Shown: positions 22,943-36,376 of the stretch, piece by piece
Layout of the letters: each line of letters begins with the position of its first letter
Numbering within the stretch: position 1 is the stretch's first letter
Assembly (NCBI RefSeq): GCF_000315625.1
Contig: NW_005434634.1
Location: forward strand, 272,531 to 336,530
DNA from: Guillardia theta CCMP2712
Lineage: Eukaryota; Protista; Cryptophyta
Direction: 5' to 3'
DNA: 64,000 nt
Notes under the pieces: model-generated
Seen by the model: only the letters and a program-made list of their open reading frames with translations
Databases searched by the model: none
What the model was told of the DNA's origin: nothing
Translations under genes and position numbers: made by a program

Positions 22943-25497
22943 TCAAAACATGGCACTTTGTGATCCGTCCATGGAGTTTCGCACAGGGCAGCATTGCGGG
23001 TGATATGGCGCACCCGTTACGATATCTCGTCCTGCATCCCAGTCATGTCTTTCTCAAAGCAAACAGAAAGTCAACCTGCGCAAGGCAAGTACGTGTGCTT
23101 GCCAACCTCTGTCGGGCTATCGGCGATCAGAATTTTCCTGAGGATCTCGTGAGAGAGGGCGGGGAGAGGAGGAAAAGGAGGAGGAAGAAGGAGGAAGAGG
23201 AGGAGGAGGGAGGAGGAGGGCAGTGGACTGCCATACTTGCAATAGATGCACTTGGTGGAGAAGAGCGAGCGGAAGTGAGAGAGCCAGATGACAAAGTCAG
23301 AGAGGACTTGCTCCTGCGAGCTTGAACGGTTCCTGGACATCAACACGTGAGGAAGCGAGGACCGATGAAACTGTCAGAAGCACCTTGAACGCAAGGTGTG
23401 CAAGACAGCATAGGCTTCCTGCAGCAGAATGTGAGTACGACGAGACATCTTCGAGCTGACGCCACCTGGTTGATAGCCCGAAAGATTGCATGGGAGGACA
23501 AGTCCCAGGGGCCCAAACTCTCTGTGATCCCGCTGATACTTATCGCGTCCATTCGAAGGAACCCTGTACCTGTATTGACCGTCACTCTCCCACGGCGTGC
23601 GGTCTCCTGTTGACGTACCGCTGCTGAACTGACCCTTGTCGCTGCCAAGAACTCCGTCGCCGCCATCCTGAGACCTTTCAGCACACGGGAGCGAAGGAGA
23701 ACACAAGGCTGCACGTGCGAGTCATGCTGGTCGATGTGCATCATGTCTTCCACGTTGTCAGACATGAGCGCGTTCCCGTCTCTTGACGAGTCGGGTCGAG
23801 GAGTTCCTGCACGACATGTCTTGAGTCGCAAGAGTTGTCACATCTGCATCTCACCCGATCCAGCAGCACCCGTGTTGGGTGTACCTACCGCCGCCATCTT
23901 GCTCTTGGCCTCGAAGTCTTCTGCATGGAATCGACTGGATCCACAGGGTCAGATACCAGAATCTCCGCATCAACGAAGAGATGCTCACCGAATCGACAAA
24001 CGAGCAGTCAAAACACCCTGAAAGATCTCCAGGTGAGAATCTGCAGGAGCACGGGAACCTCTCTCCGATCACCTGCACCCCGATGACAAGAACGAACCTC
24101 TTGGGGTTCGTTGTGGAGGAGGAAAGGTCCGCCGGGGACGCCCTGTTCGTTGAGAGGATCAAGATGCAGCTAGACGCCGCTGACTTGTCTCACCGTTCCA
24201 ACAAGACAGAGATGTTGGGGATTCGTCTGAGGGCCGAAACATAATGGACCAAGGAATTCATCTGCAGAGCCACTTCATGAAATTTCCTCAGTGACTTTCG
24301 AACGTCACCGTGATAGTCATCAGTGGCTGCCCTTGCCTGACTATCTCCCCCTCCTTCACCAGGTGGACGGATATGACACCTTCAGCTGCCGCTACGACGT
24401 TGACCACCTGGCTGTCCTTTGCTTGCTGCATGTCCTATCCTTACAAGAGACATCACAGCTGCAAACGCTCACCATAATCTGCGCTGCCAAGATCCCCTTC
24501 TTCATGTTCATTCCCGCCCGTTGCAACTTCACAACGCGACCAGCCACCTGATGGAAGAGTGAGCGCAGACCGTCCCTGGAGCCGCACGAGGAGGAGTCAG
24601 GACTGACTCACCGCCGCTGCCATCTCGCTCCTCGAATCCGGCAGCAGCTCAGCATCGGGGTCGTCGGTCAGTCGGGGCCTCTTGGATTTCAAGCAAGTCG
24701 TTGGGAATTTCTGTGCTCTGAACTTTGCGAAAGAATTTGCTGCGACTCCCAGTGACTTGGGCAATCGATTCCATGCCTCTATCCTCTGTTGCGCCGTCTG
24801 CATCAGCTCAGCGACTCGCGAATCCATTCCCTTGAAAACAAACGCATCAGGTAACAACCTTCCCTGTCTTTCAGTCCCTTACATCAAGCCCAGTTCCAAA
24901 CTGCTCGTAGCTCTGAGCAGCCACATCAACGTTTTGAGATGAAGTTGGTCGATCAATACGCTCAAATATCTTCAAACTCCATGTCAAAAAAAGTACATCA
25001 CATTTTTGAAAATGGGTCACCTCACTGACACTGGAAGGCAGAATAGTCTGCGCATTCGAGCTAAGATTGGCGATCCTCTCCAAACTCGATTGCACGCGTG
25101 AAACTATCTTAGCCTGGTTCAGCTGACAAGGACAAAACTTCAGCGCGTGTTCTGCGGTGTTGAAAATTCCGCCATACCTGAGCCTCTGCACCGATGGAGA
25201 AGCCACTGATGAACTGAACCATCGACGCCCTGACGCAAACTAGTCAGAGAACAAACAAGATCTCCAAGAGGGCCAGCAAGACGAAGGAGGCTTCAGAGAC
25301 TGAGAGGACTCGCTCAGATCCCCTCCTGGTTCACTGAGGTCGCTTGGAGGGCACAAAGGCAGGACGATGGAGGCAGGGAGCATGAAGAGCCCGGGGGAGA
25401 GGGAGAGGAAGAAGAGCCCTAGCAAGGACATGGCGAACCTGATCGACGAGATCTCCGCCATCATCTCCTCCAGCGTCTCCTCCGCCATCCCCTCCAT
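22943..25497 (-). CDS. MED27: Mediator subunit 27-like protein
   Basis: C-terminus WDLSSHAIFRAINQVA...LSDFVIWLSHFRSLFSTKCIYCK|KIL...YLP...APYHPQC matches the MED27 C-terminal Zn-binding pattern; N-terminal helix EISSI|RASMVQF; multi-exon model. Confidence 0.7.
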
Positions 25498-25830
25498 CCT
25501 CGTCCTCTCGGCCACTGCGCTCCCGGGGACACGAGCGGGGATGTGGGTTGGGGTTTGCCCTGGGGATGTGGGGGGATGTGGGAATAAAGTTGCGACCATG
25601 GTCATTGTGGAGGAAGGGAAGGACGAGGAGGGCGAGGGGATGTAGATTATGGTGATATGAACGTAGAAGTGTATGTAGATGATGATGTCGATGTAGATGA
25701 TGATGATGTAGATGATGATAAGAACGGATGGGCAGCACGAGAGAGGATGAAGAGTATTATCAGAGGCGGTCTACGAAAACTGCCATGCATCCTGCCCTCG
25801 CCTTGCGGCATATGGAAGAACCCATCGCGC

Positions 25831-27517
25831 ATGCTCGTCGCGTTCCTCCTCTTCAGTGGGATCTCTCTCTCTTCTGGAGAGGCAGTCAGCGCGTTCGCGC
25901 CAGGCGCCATGGACTTGTACGTGGAAACAACTGATGGAAAGTATCTTGGGATGAAAGAGATGGCGGAGGGTCAAGACTCGGTCACCCTGGTGGAGCACTG
26001 TTGTGATCTTATGTCCACCTTTCGCGTGAAAGAGTTCCCTGAGGGAAGGCATGCCCTGCAGAACGTTTATTCCGACAGGGTGCTGAGCATGACTGAAGGC
26101 AATTTCGTTTTCGTGCATGTTGAAAGCAACCGAAGCCAGTCGAATTCAACAGCAGAAATCATGTGGATCAACGACGAGCTGCTAGGATCGCACACTTGTA
26201 GCTTCAGGAGCGACGCTGGTTTGCTGTTGGGCTTCGACGAACAGGGAAAGCCGCGCGCACACGAGGTTGCAAGTGCTGGGCTGAGAGCGATGTTTCTTCT
26301 GAGAGACGAAGCTCACTATCGCAAACTTGATGAGCTGAGAGTGTCTGGTTTCACGGTCCTTGAGGTCGCTCATTGACATGCATGTGGCCCTTGCTTACCT
26401 TTCATCGGCTCTCAGGTGCTCGAGCCTTCAGAGGCTGAAGATGCTCGTGACGCGCTTCAGGGCATCCTCGAACGAAGCACAGGTGGGAGCGACGGTTATC
26501 AGATCAGGATACCCGACGTCGCTGTCCATCATCCCCTCTTCGGCGAACTCCTCGTGCACCCTGTGATCCTGGTCATGCTCAATGCCTCCCTTGTTGACTC
26601 TGACGATGAAAGTAGTTCCTTGTCCGAAGTTACCTCGGTCGTTACGCTCGATGTGCAACCTGGTCCAGCAACACACTGCTGCCGAAGATGGATCACCCGC
26701 GACTTGGCTGGCATGTAGGTAGGAGGATCAAAGGTTGTCATTTCACTCCGCTTCTAGGTAGATTACCCATACCATGACATCGAGATCGGAATGTGGCCGG
26801 ACCTTCCTCTGGGACTCCAGGTTTCAGAGAGGTTGTGCGAGACTGCATTGAACTGCTCCTGGCTCAGGTCCTGTGGCTCTTGGACAATTTCACATCTGAG
26901 AATGGCGGCACCATGTTTTACCCAGGTGCTCGAGTGGTTGAAAGCAGACAGCGGACCGAGGGTTGATCGTCCCTTTTGCCAGGGTCCCACGAATTCTTCT
27001 CTCCCCCCAACATCGAGCAGTTTAGCACGCCTGAAGTAGCTCAGGCACGTGACGGAGCCAACACACTGACTGCATATCACCTTACTTGTCGCACGTTCAG
27101 ATCCTAACGGCACCTGCTGGAAGCGTGCTGGTGGCTCACTCTGCCTGGTGGCACAGGCAAACGCAGAACAAATCTCCCAACCCCAGGCATGCCCTGCTGG
27201 GATGTTTCACGAGGTGCGATGATTGTAAGAACTGTCAGTCGACCAAGTGGAAGATCTCGGAGGCTCGGTCGGAGACCCGTCCCACTAAACGCAAGTATTG
27301 CAGGGGATTCGTTGTTCCCAAAGCAGACATGGAAACTCAATTTGACAAGATTTCTCAGGTAAAGCAAGTGACAATCTGTTCACAGGCGGGGCTCATTGCT
27401 TCTGCTTTTGCCCAGATGTCTTCATACTGGGCAAATCTCGATCCTCGACAACAGGCTGATCTGCAGCAACTGATGTTGGGCAGTCATTCGAGGGCTCTAC
27501 GCGACGTGCAAGCCTAG
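25831..27517 (+). CDS. Phytanoyl-CoA dioxygenase (PhyH)-family 2OG-Fe(II) oxygenase with N-terminal beta-rich (beta-trefoil-like) domain and signal peptide
   Basis: LRVSGFTVLE, GWH|VDYPY (HxD), LDNFTSENGGTMFYPG, APAGSVLVAHSAWWHRQTQNKSPNPRHALL; leader MLVAFLLFSGISLSSGEAVSA-FAP. Start codon uncertain. Confidence 0.85.
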
Positions 27518-28058
27518 TCCTGTGTATCGTACAGCTGATCTTGAGGCGGGTCGATATTCATTGTAATTAATGGTAGCAAAGTCTGTAGCAAAGTACGATT
27601 CATGGAATCGGGGGAGAGGGGGGGGGGGGGGGGGGGGGCTATCTTGACATCCTGCATGCAGGGTGAGAGACTTGGAGCAGCAGGACATGAACACACGCAC
27701 AGCGATCGCTGGTTTCGCAAGCCCCTTGATCGCGTTCTCCATCACGATCCATTCTTGCTTCTCTCCGGATTTATCGTCTACAATCGTGCGCGTTCTGATC
27801 GCCACGTCACTGCACATGCCAACGGAGGAATGCGTCTTGCCCGTGAAATTTCGGAACGAAGCGAGAGAGGAAGGGATGATTGACAGCATCCTGAGGGCAA
27901 GCATTACACATGCCACGGCAAAATCAGCGTGTTGGCGCTTGCTAGCAAAGAGAGGAGAGGAGAACCTTGAGGAAATCGATTTCTTTCCTGCCACGAGCAC
28001 CGGACTGCACAATCTTCAAGACAACCTTCGAGCAGCATGGAGCATGTTACTAACAGTT
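27497..28058 (-). CDS. Possible 3' part of a hypothetical protein, truncated by assembly gap
   Basis: 171-aa open stretch with intron-like segments running into the N-gap; no motif recognised. Confidence 0.35.
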
Positions 28059-28158
28059 NNNNNNNNNNNNNNNNNNNNNNNNNNNNNNNNNNNNNNNNNN
28101 NNNNNNNNNNNNNNNNNNNNNNNNNNNNNNNNNNNNNNNNNNNNNNNNNNNNNNNNNN
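28059..28158. other. Assembly gap (100 N)
   Basis: Run of N. Confidence 1.
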
Positions 28159-28964
28159 CGCATGGTGGATCGACGGAGTCAGCTGGTTCTGTCCCCCACC
28201 AGCCTCCCGAACGAGACCTGCGGTGGCGGGGGGTGTGATAGCAAGGGGGTACTTCTCGCTTGAAATTGGTGGGGTTATCAATAGAGAAAAAGAAGCACAA
28301 GAAGGGGTAGGTGTCCCGATCCTGACTTCAAATTTTGAAGGGGTGGGTACGCCGTTTTCCGGAAATACCACCATGTTCGAGATCCTGGCAGAAGCCGCGT
28401 GGCAGAAGATCCTGAGCAAGTGAGGACAACTGTGTTGTGAAAACAACAAACACCAAACAAACAACTACAACAACAACTTGATCCTGCTCCTGCTCCTTCC
28501 CATGCTCCTATCCCACCATGGTTATTCTTCCTGTTCACCTGCTTGCTTTGTATCGTTGTAGTGCACGAACCAATCTCTTTCACCATATACCAACGTCTAC
28601 TTCCTCTTCCATGTGCTTGCTCATCTACTTCAATCGATGTCTCTTCCTGCATCATTGTCATTTTGTTTTTTGGATATGTTGGCTTCTTTTTCTTTCCAAT
28701 CCGATCACCTGAGCATCCCCGTTGTTTGTCTGCTCACGTCTTGATGGCTCCTTCCCATCCTGGAAGCAAATGAGCTCAATCCATGACTCTTTCTTGCAGT
28801 GTTAAGGGGCCATTGGGTAAGTTCTACAACGACTCCGGGGCATCTGATCCCATGGCCGGAGGACATCCTTGAACGTGACAAGCAAATCTGATGATATTTT
28901 CTCAATAAACTTTCTTTCCATCTCACAAAGCGATGTTCAAAGAAGCAGACAGCTTGTTGGAGAT

Positions 28965-31610
28965 TTATTTTACGAAAAAATTCTTCTGCAATGGCGAACG
29001 TTGGATCTCACGAGGGTCTATTCTTGTGAGGAGCTGCGTTAACAGATATCATTTGCTTCCACCACCTTTCCTCTTTCAAAAGAACGTGCAGCCTTCCCAT
29101 ACCTCAGCGCTGGCAGCGACAGTCTTGGTATCTGCAAGGAACCTGTTGAATTCATGATTAGTTGCAAAGCCACCCTGATGGCTTTTCTCCTAGAATGCAG
29201 ACCTGTCGTAGTCCTTGTAGAGAACTCGTTCGTATCCTTCACTCGGCAGATGCTTCCTGAGCACAAATGTGCTATGGAACTGCTGGGCAAATTCGACCAT
29301 CTTCGAGATGTATGCGTCATTGCGAGGCAGCTTGAGGATGGCGATTCCTGCACCAGTTACTCTTGTCATCTCAGGCGGTTCGATCAGAACAGTAAACCTT
29401 TCAAGGCCGTACATGACATGAAATTCACTGCCCGGCATTGAGGACCCAGGCACAACATCTCTAGCTGCAGCTGAGTGAAGCTTCAGCTCGGGTGATACAG
29501 TTAGACAAAGATCACCTGCGGAATGTGCCATGGGGCGATCTCAAGATACGGCTCAACGTCGGAGATGGAGAAAGCCCCTGGTTTCCTAGTGTATAACGAT
29601 CAATGACAAAGAAGAACAATGCGCATAATGTACGTGCTCTTCGCAGTTGACCCTCCTGTTCGGAACGGAGCGTGATTTTTCACCTGCTCGGCAGTTACAT
29701 CATCTTCGTTATCACGCGACCTCCTTGACCTCGATTGCCTCGATGGTGCCATCGGGAAAAGTTACAATTGCATCGGGAGACGCTCCCATCAAAGGAATCG
29801 TCTGACCCCAGGAGACTTGACGGGATTTCAGGCATGCCACGTTATCCAAAGGCTGAGTTTCCAGCGGACACAATCCTATCTCGTGTACCACACCTCCAAG
29901 GCTCCCAAAGAAGTTCACAGCTGCCAGAATCGAAGTAGCTTCCTTCACGTTGCCAACAGATTCGTCAGAGCGTTTCTATCGTAACAAAGACATTTACTTG
30001 TGTGCTCCCCCATATCATTCTTGCCTGACCGACTGTCTGAACGTGGAATGTTGATCGCTGCACATTTCTAGGAAGCGGAGCATAATCATAGGGAAAAGTG
30101 GCTGTCGATGACGATGTCCAAACGTCATCGGCGCTACATGCCGCACAGACTATAGTAAGCCGGTAATATCAGAATCAAATTTGAAAAACCTGCTTGGCGA
30201 AAATGATCTGGCCGTTTCCGTCTGTAGCTTGGACCTTTGCTTTCCCCGGTGACGGCGTGCAGCTCCTTTGGATTGGAAGGACTTGGCTGGCTGCTCTTCC
30301 ATTCTTTCCTGCTGCATCACATATGTCGACTTGACAAGATCCTGAAGGGTGCATGGCGTTGCGATTAAGTGTTGCCAGGCATCGAGGACCTTTTCAAAGT
30401 GAGCAGAACAACTGAAACGGTTGTCAGAACATTGGTACTCTACCTTATGATGACCAGACAAAGATCGTGGAATGTTCAACAACTTAGACGCCCACGGCTC
30501 GTAAAAGCCCAGAATGGACGCCATCCGACTTGCTCAGCGTCAGCTAAGGACTACTCGCACTTCTAAAACCTGGTCGTCAGTCGTCCGTTGTGGAGTAGAG
30601 CCCATTGTAATGAATCTTGTCGGAACCTATGAAAGTCTTGCGGACCATTCACAGCAACTTCTGAGGGATCTGGTAGCTCTTGAAACAGAGGATGAGCCCT
30701 CAAATCCTCCATGTCAACCTAAAGCATCTGTCACAGCTATTGCCTTGGCAATCTCAGAACACAACCGCTCTCCAAAGCAAATTAGGATAATTCCCGGACA
30801 ATGGCCCGGTCCAAAGTCGATCATCTTGGCTTGCTTGAGATTTCCTGCTAGAACCCTTCTTTTCACGTCTTGAAGTTGAGCTCAACACCGTAGTTGTTGT
30901 GTTTGCGGAATTCGCCTCAGGATGGTCAGGCAATGCAGCGATCTGAATAGAATCGTCCGTCGACGCAAGGATATCCTCGTCAGAGAGGTGTTGGAACTTG
31001 AAGTTCTTCATGGGATTTATTGGAGCCGCTTCCTCAGATTCGCAGATTTCAGCCTGTACATCCGATCCCTTAGAGGTTGCTGGTAGTTGACAACCGTTGG
31101 CATGCTTCTGAAGTAGCTTCAAGCCCTTGAAATAATTGATTTGTACGTGCGGATTTTGTTTCATCGCTGTTCGTACAATCTGCTGATTATTTTTGTCGGG
31201 ATTCAAACGTCGGGTAGCTTGTAAGATGGCAAGCAGGTCGTCTGGAAAAAAACTTCCATTCAGCCTCACGTTTTCTCTTGTACAACTCACCTGAATTCGT
31301 GGGGTCTCTGAGGGAAGCCTGCATTGCTGACTCCATTTTCTAACAAGATAATTCTTATGCGTGTGCTGCTGCAAAAATCTCTCTTTCACCTTGTGGAGGC
31401 TGAGACTTCTGACTTGGCCCGGCTGAAAGACACACAGGAAAGCCTCGCTTGAATCCACAACGATCAAAAGCACAAGAACTTGGTAACAGAAGTCAGTTTC
31501 TTCATATCAATTTATCACATGTTATTCTTGTGATGATCAGAAGGAAAATGTTTGCTGACTACGGCACTTTTCTCAAAGAATCGTACAAGATTCACTTCCG
31601 ACCCTTCCAT
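28965..31610 (-). CDS. YqaJ/lambda-exonuclease-like PD-(D/E)xK nuclease domain protein; 5' end uncertain
   Basis: ASRMASILGF, ARMIWG.., EATSI, HEIGL, LMGASPDAIV...AIEVK, WHIPQ|LQLEMLC, RNDAYISKM; intron-containing; proposed stop TAA 28965-28967. Confidence 0.75.
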
Positions 31611-32606
31611 TCCTGTCCTAAATGTGTCCCGCGCATGCCCCGCCCCGCGATGCAAGTCACAGCCATCCCGCTTCTTTCTTTTCTTCTCATCGAATCCTCG
31701 GCATTCTTCTCTGCTGTCTCTCCCCCGCCATCGCTCTTACCCGCAAGTTTCATCTTCACGAAGCCATGACCATCGCTCTTTACAAGACTGCACAAAAAAA
31801 GAAGAGGGACAGCAAAGTTCTCCTAGGCTGGGAGATACGCCAAATGTCTCCTGTGTGCAAATCTGAAATATTGCTTTAAATTTCAAATTATAACGAAAAT
31901 TCAAGGGCAACCCCACAAATGATTGAAACGACTCGTACGGGTCCTCTCCATGAAATATTACTAGGGGGTTGCCTTGCCTCACTGAAATCATGCAAAGGGG
32001 TGGGGTGATCAAGTAGGCTAGTTCAGAGGGGTAGTGGTCTGGTTGTTGGCCATGGCAGGTGGTGGGTTCAAGAAGGGAGTAATGGGGTAGTGGCGTGTCA
32101 GGTACTTCAGGATAAGGGTAGGCGGTCATATTATAGGGGATCAGGGCCAACAGGATAGGGTGGTGGTGGTGGTGGTGTAGATTGAAATTCTTCGGGGTGT
32201 AGAGAGTCAGCAATAAAGCATGGGTAAATTGAGTATGGTGGGTGGGTAGGAAACGATGTGGGTGGGTAGCTCCGTTTTATGGTGGGGTGAAGGAATGTTA
32301 CAGTTGGGTAGGGTCAAACAGTGGGGTGGGGGTCATGTTTGGAAATGTATGAAAGTATGGTGGGGTACAGGTAAATAGTTGGAGGAAGAGGTTTGAAGCA
32401 GGGGAACGTTTCAGGGGTGGGGTGGTATGTGGAGCCCTAGGGGTGGAGTACCCTAGTGTGAATCATGGATGCTCGACATATGGAAAAGGTGGGTAGCAAT
32501 CGCACCGTACCGGGGGTACCACAAGATTGTAACAGAAGGGGGTAGGGGTGGTTGGCTTTGTTCTTCAGGGAGGGTGGGTAGGGTAGGGACGCAAGCAGAG
32601 CACAGC

Positions 32607-35021
32607 ATGCTGACCCGCTTCCGACCGGCAGCCGCCCGCATGGTGAGAAAAACTGAAGAGAACAGGCAGAGCATTGGAGAACCTGTTGTCCTTACAACTA
32701 GGACATGCTTGCTCCACGTTCTCAGTCTATCTGCAACTCATCTCGAACTTTCCCCCCTTGCAACTCAAACCTTGTGGCCCCTCCAGATTTCGTGCATGCC
32801 CTGTACTTGCTGCCGGTGCAAGATCACGAAATTGAATTTTTCGCATGAAGTTTGTATCGTGACATATAGGTTTCTGTTTACACCATGTCCATTGGTTCTC
32901 GAACGACCGCCAAAGTTGAAGGAACATGATGTGACGTATGCTTTCAGGTGTGCGGCAAGCATGCGAAAAAATTCATCAGGGCATTTTCGTCAGAAGCTGT
33001 TAGTTGCTACGATGATATATTTCTTTGCTGATGAAAGCTTGCAGAGCCTCAAGGATGTTTTCTCGGACAAAATTCCAAAGTGGCAGAAGGAGATCGCCGA
33101 CATCAAATCCATGTACGGTGACAAGGTGCTGGGCACGTGCACGGTGGAGCAAGCGTACGGTGGGATGAGGAGCGTCAAGTCTCTTGTTTACGAGACATCT
33201 TTGCTGGATCCTGTTGAGGTTGGACTATCGCTCTCTGAGGAGACGAGGAGACTGATTGTGAGCCAGGGAATCCGATTTCGAGGGTATTCCATTCCCGAAT
33301 GCCAGAAAGTTCTGCCTAAGGCTCCTGTGAGGATCGTGATTTGATTCATGGACTGTTCTAATCGTATTGTGATGAAGGGTGGTGAAGAACCTCTTCCTGA
33401 AGCGCTTCTATGGCTTCTGATGACGGGTGATGTTCCCACGGACTCCCAAGTGAAGGTACCGGTGGATCTCGGAAGGTTGAGTTGCATGCCGATTTCTTGA
33501 GGCAGAACCTCATCGATGACATGAATAAGAGGGCCGTCCTTCCTGAATGGATCGAGAAGACGTATGTCACGAAGAGCAACGATGTTTTTCTGAGCACCTG
33601 GGCAGGATTTTGAACTTTCCAAAGGACCTCCACCCCATGACCCAGTTTTCTATGGGAATCTTAGCCTGCCAGAAGGAGTCGCAGTTTGCAGCAGCGTACT
33701 GAGATGCGCTCTTGATGTCTCACACATGAACATGAACTTTTCAGATACCAGCGTGGTATCAAGAAATCGGAATACTGGACTTATTGCTTTGAGGACATGC
33801 TCACCTGCATTGCACGTCTGCCCCGAATTGCAGCCTTGATTTACAGAAATGTGTTCAAAGATGGAAAGATTACTCCCATGGTACTCTTTCCACACACGTT
33901 TGGAGGAATGGTGATTTGAATTTCTTGACAGGAAAACAAGTCCGACATGTCAGCAAACTTCTGCAAGATGCTCGGTAAATGGATCTTGATCGAAGGGGAA
34001 GGTGCAAGATCTGATTTCTTTGTCTTAGGATTTTCTGATGCAAACTTCATCGAGCTGATGCGTCTGTACCTGACTATCCACTCTGATCATGAGGGAGGCA
34101 ATGTTTCTGCACACACCTGCCATTTGGTGGGCTCTGCCTTGTCCGACCCGTACCTTGCTCTTTCTGCGTCCATGAATGGACTGGCTGGTCCCTTGCACGG
34201 TATGAGAGATTTTGGATCTCTTGCTTGTCCTGTTGTCAAGTGATTGTTCTTCTGTAGGTCTTGCCAACCAGGAAGTCTTGCGTTTCATCAAACAATTCAA
34301 GGCAGACATGGGTTCAAAACAGATTACACCGGATTCAGTGAAAGAACAATGTTGGAAGGTGGATTGTGAGCCGCAGCTACATATTGAAGCATAATCCATC
34401 TGTAGGTGTTGAACAGTGGGCGTGTGATTCCAGGATACGGTCACGCTGTCTTGAGAAAAACGGATCCTCGCTTCACCTGCCAAGTAAGCATGAGGACATC
34501 ATGGCGGCCAAGGTTGGCTCAGTTCGAATCTTTTGTCTAAGACATCTCTCAGGCGGAGTTTGCCAAGAAGCACATCAAGAATGACGAGTTGGTTGACCTT
34601 GTCAGCCTCATGTATGAGGTGATCCTTCCCCATGCCAAAGATGGACTCTGATCGTCCTTCAGGTGGCTCCCCAAGTCTTGACAGAGCATGGAAAGACCAA
34701 GAATCCATGGCCCAACGTTGATGCCCACAGTGGGGTGCTGTTGGTACACTATGGCTTGGTAAGGAATGCATGCTCTGCAAGACGAACATTGAGCTTTCGT
34801 ATTAGACGGAAGAAAATTTCTACACGGTGATGTTCGGAGTGGGGCGAGCCCTTGGAGTTCTTCCCATGTTGACCATCAGGTATGTTCTGAATGCAAACCA
34901 AGATTGTTTTGTGATCGGGTGCAGTCGTGCTTTGGGATTCTCGTTGGAGCGACCAAAGTCTCTGACTACTGAGGCTATCAAGAAGTCAATGGAAATCATG
35001 TATCCTCACGGACACACTTAA
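32607..35021 (+). CDS. CS: Mitochondrial citrate synthase
   Basis: Presequence [12 protein letters not shown]; [23 protein letters not shown]|[48 protein letters not shown]|[37 protein letters not shown]. Confidence 0.97.
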
Positions 35022-35232
35022 ACCGCGCTGCGTATGGTTGTATTGCCAAAGGGTTAATGATGATCGGCTCGTCAAAGCTCTAGAGCTCATAAATTATTGT
35101 GATTGTTTTCTCGCTTTGCGCGTTGTCTATTCCAATCTTGGCAACGAGAGCGGAACTCAATTTAGTGTCGATGCACATTAATGAAGATTGCTGAAAGTTT
35201 CTTTTGTACAATCAACTAGAAACATTCCTCGT

Positions 35233-35912
35233 CTAGAACTTGATTTCTTCTAGATCGTCGTCATCAAGAATGCTGGTCTTTCCTAGGTCGTCAACTCGAA
35301 ACTTTGAAGCTTCTGCGGTCGTGCGCGGCTGAGCTTCCACCCGTGCATTCACCCCCTTGTTCGTCATGTGTATCCTCGGCATGACACTCTTGAGAGCGCT
35401 GCTCACTTTGCTACCAGCATTCTTAACGCCGTGAAGGCCCGAGTGATACCTTGTGGAGTCTTCGATGTAGACCTCACCCTCCTCGTCCTCCATCATCCCG
35501 ACCTCATCTCCTCTAGACGTGTGGCTGGTGTTGAGATGCTTCAACTTGTCTCCGAGTTTCGCAATCGTCTGACGTCGCCTGCTGCCTTCCTGTCCAAGGA
35601 TCGCTGTTGCAACACTTGTCGACAAGTGTTGCTCGCTGTTTTGCCTCATGGAATCGTTTTTCTCTTCTGTACAAGAGGAGGGAGTAAGGGTGGTAGGAAG
35701 GGGGCAGGGAGGGAGAATCATGAGAATTTACGTGTATGGTGCGGGGTTGGTAAGAGGAGGGAGGGTAGGCAGATACGCATTGGCAACAGGAAGTGGGTGA
35801 ATCGAATTCAAAGCACCATACCTTTCGTCAATCCAAGGAACTTTCTTCGCCTATGGTTCACCTTGAGCAATTGTTTTGAGGTCTCAAGTATCATACCTGC
35901 TTCCATCCTTTC
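35233..35912 (-). CDS. Hypothetical protein (last exon ~35233-35670 plus short upstream exons)
   Basis: Long ORF ending SILDDDDLEEIKF*, with plausible GT-AG flanked mini-exons upstream; no motif recognised. Confidence 0.5.
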
Positions 35913-36376
35913 CTAGAAAAGCCAGAGAAAGCTTGGAATGGTCTTGAATAACATGTTCCCCCTTTTGACAAACGCGATTTCAGCTTGTTCAAAACAAAAG
36001 AAGAATTTGAAATGGGATCAAGCAAACCAAGAGATGACAGAGATAGAAAGGATATCCTGACAGATATATCTTGATACCATGAAAGATTGTACCTTGCATG
36101 CACAGTTGCCGAGCAACGGAAGCGGACAAAACATTAAAACAACACAAAACAAAAGGGGGCACAACAGCGAAGAGCGTGGCATGACATCAGAATACAGGTT
36201 AACACGTTGATACGAGAGATATCGAGTGTCTTCACATCAGCATCATCAGCATGCTTCATTCTGCTGCTCCTCTTCTCTTCCCTCCACCACTCAACACCCC
36301 ATCGGGCTTACCTCTCCATGTTGCGCCATCGTACCAGGTGTAATAGCGGATGTTGGCAGACCAGGGGACAAACCAC

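Noticed and set aside
28160-31900. Endogenous virus or transposon around the YqaJ gene
   Set aside because: No terminal repeats, target duplications, capsid, integrase or transposase motifs seen, and the gene has host-type introns.
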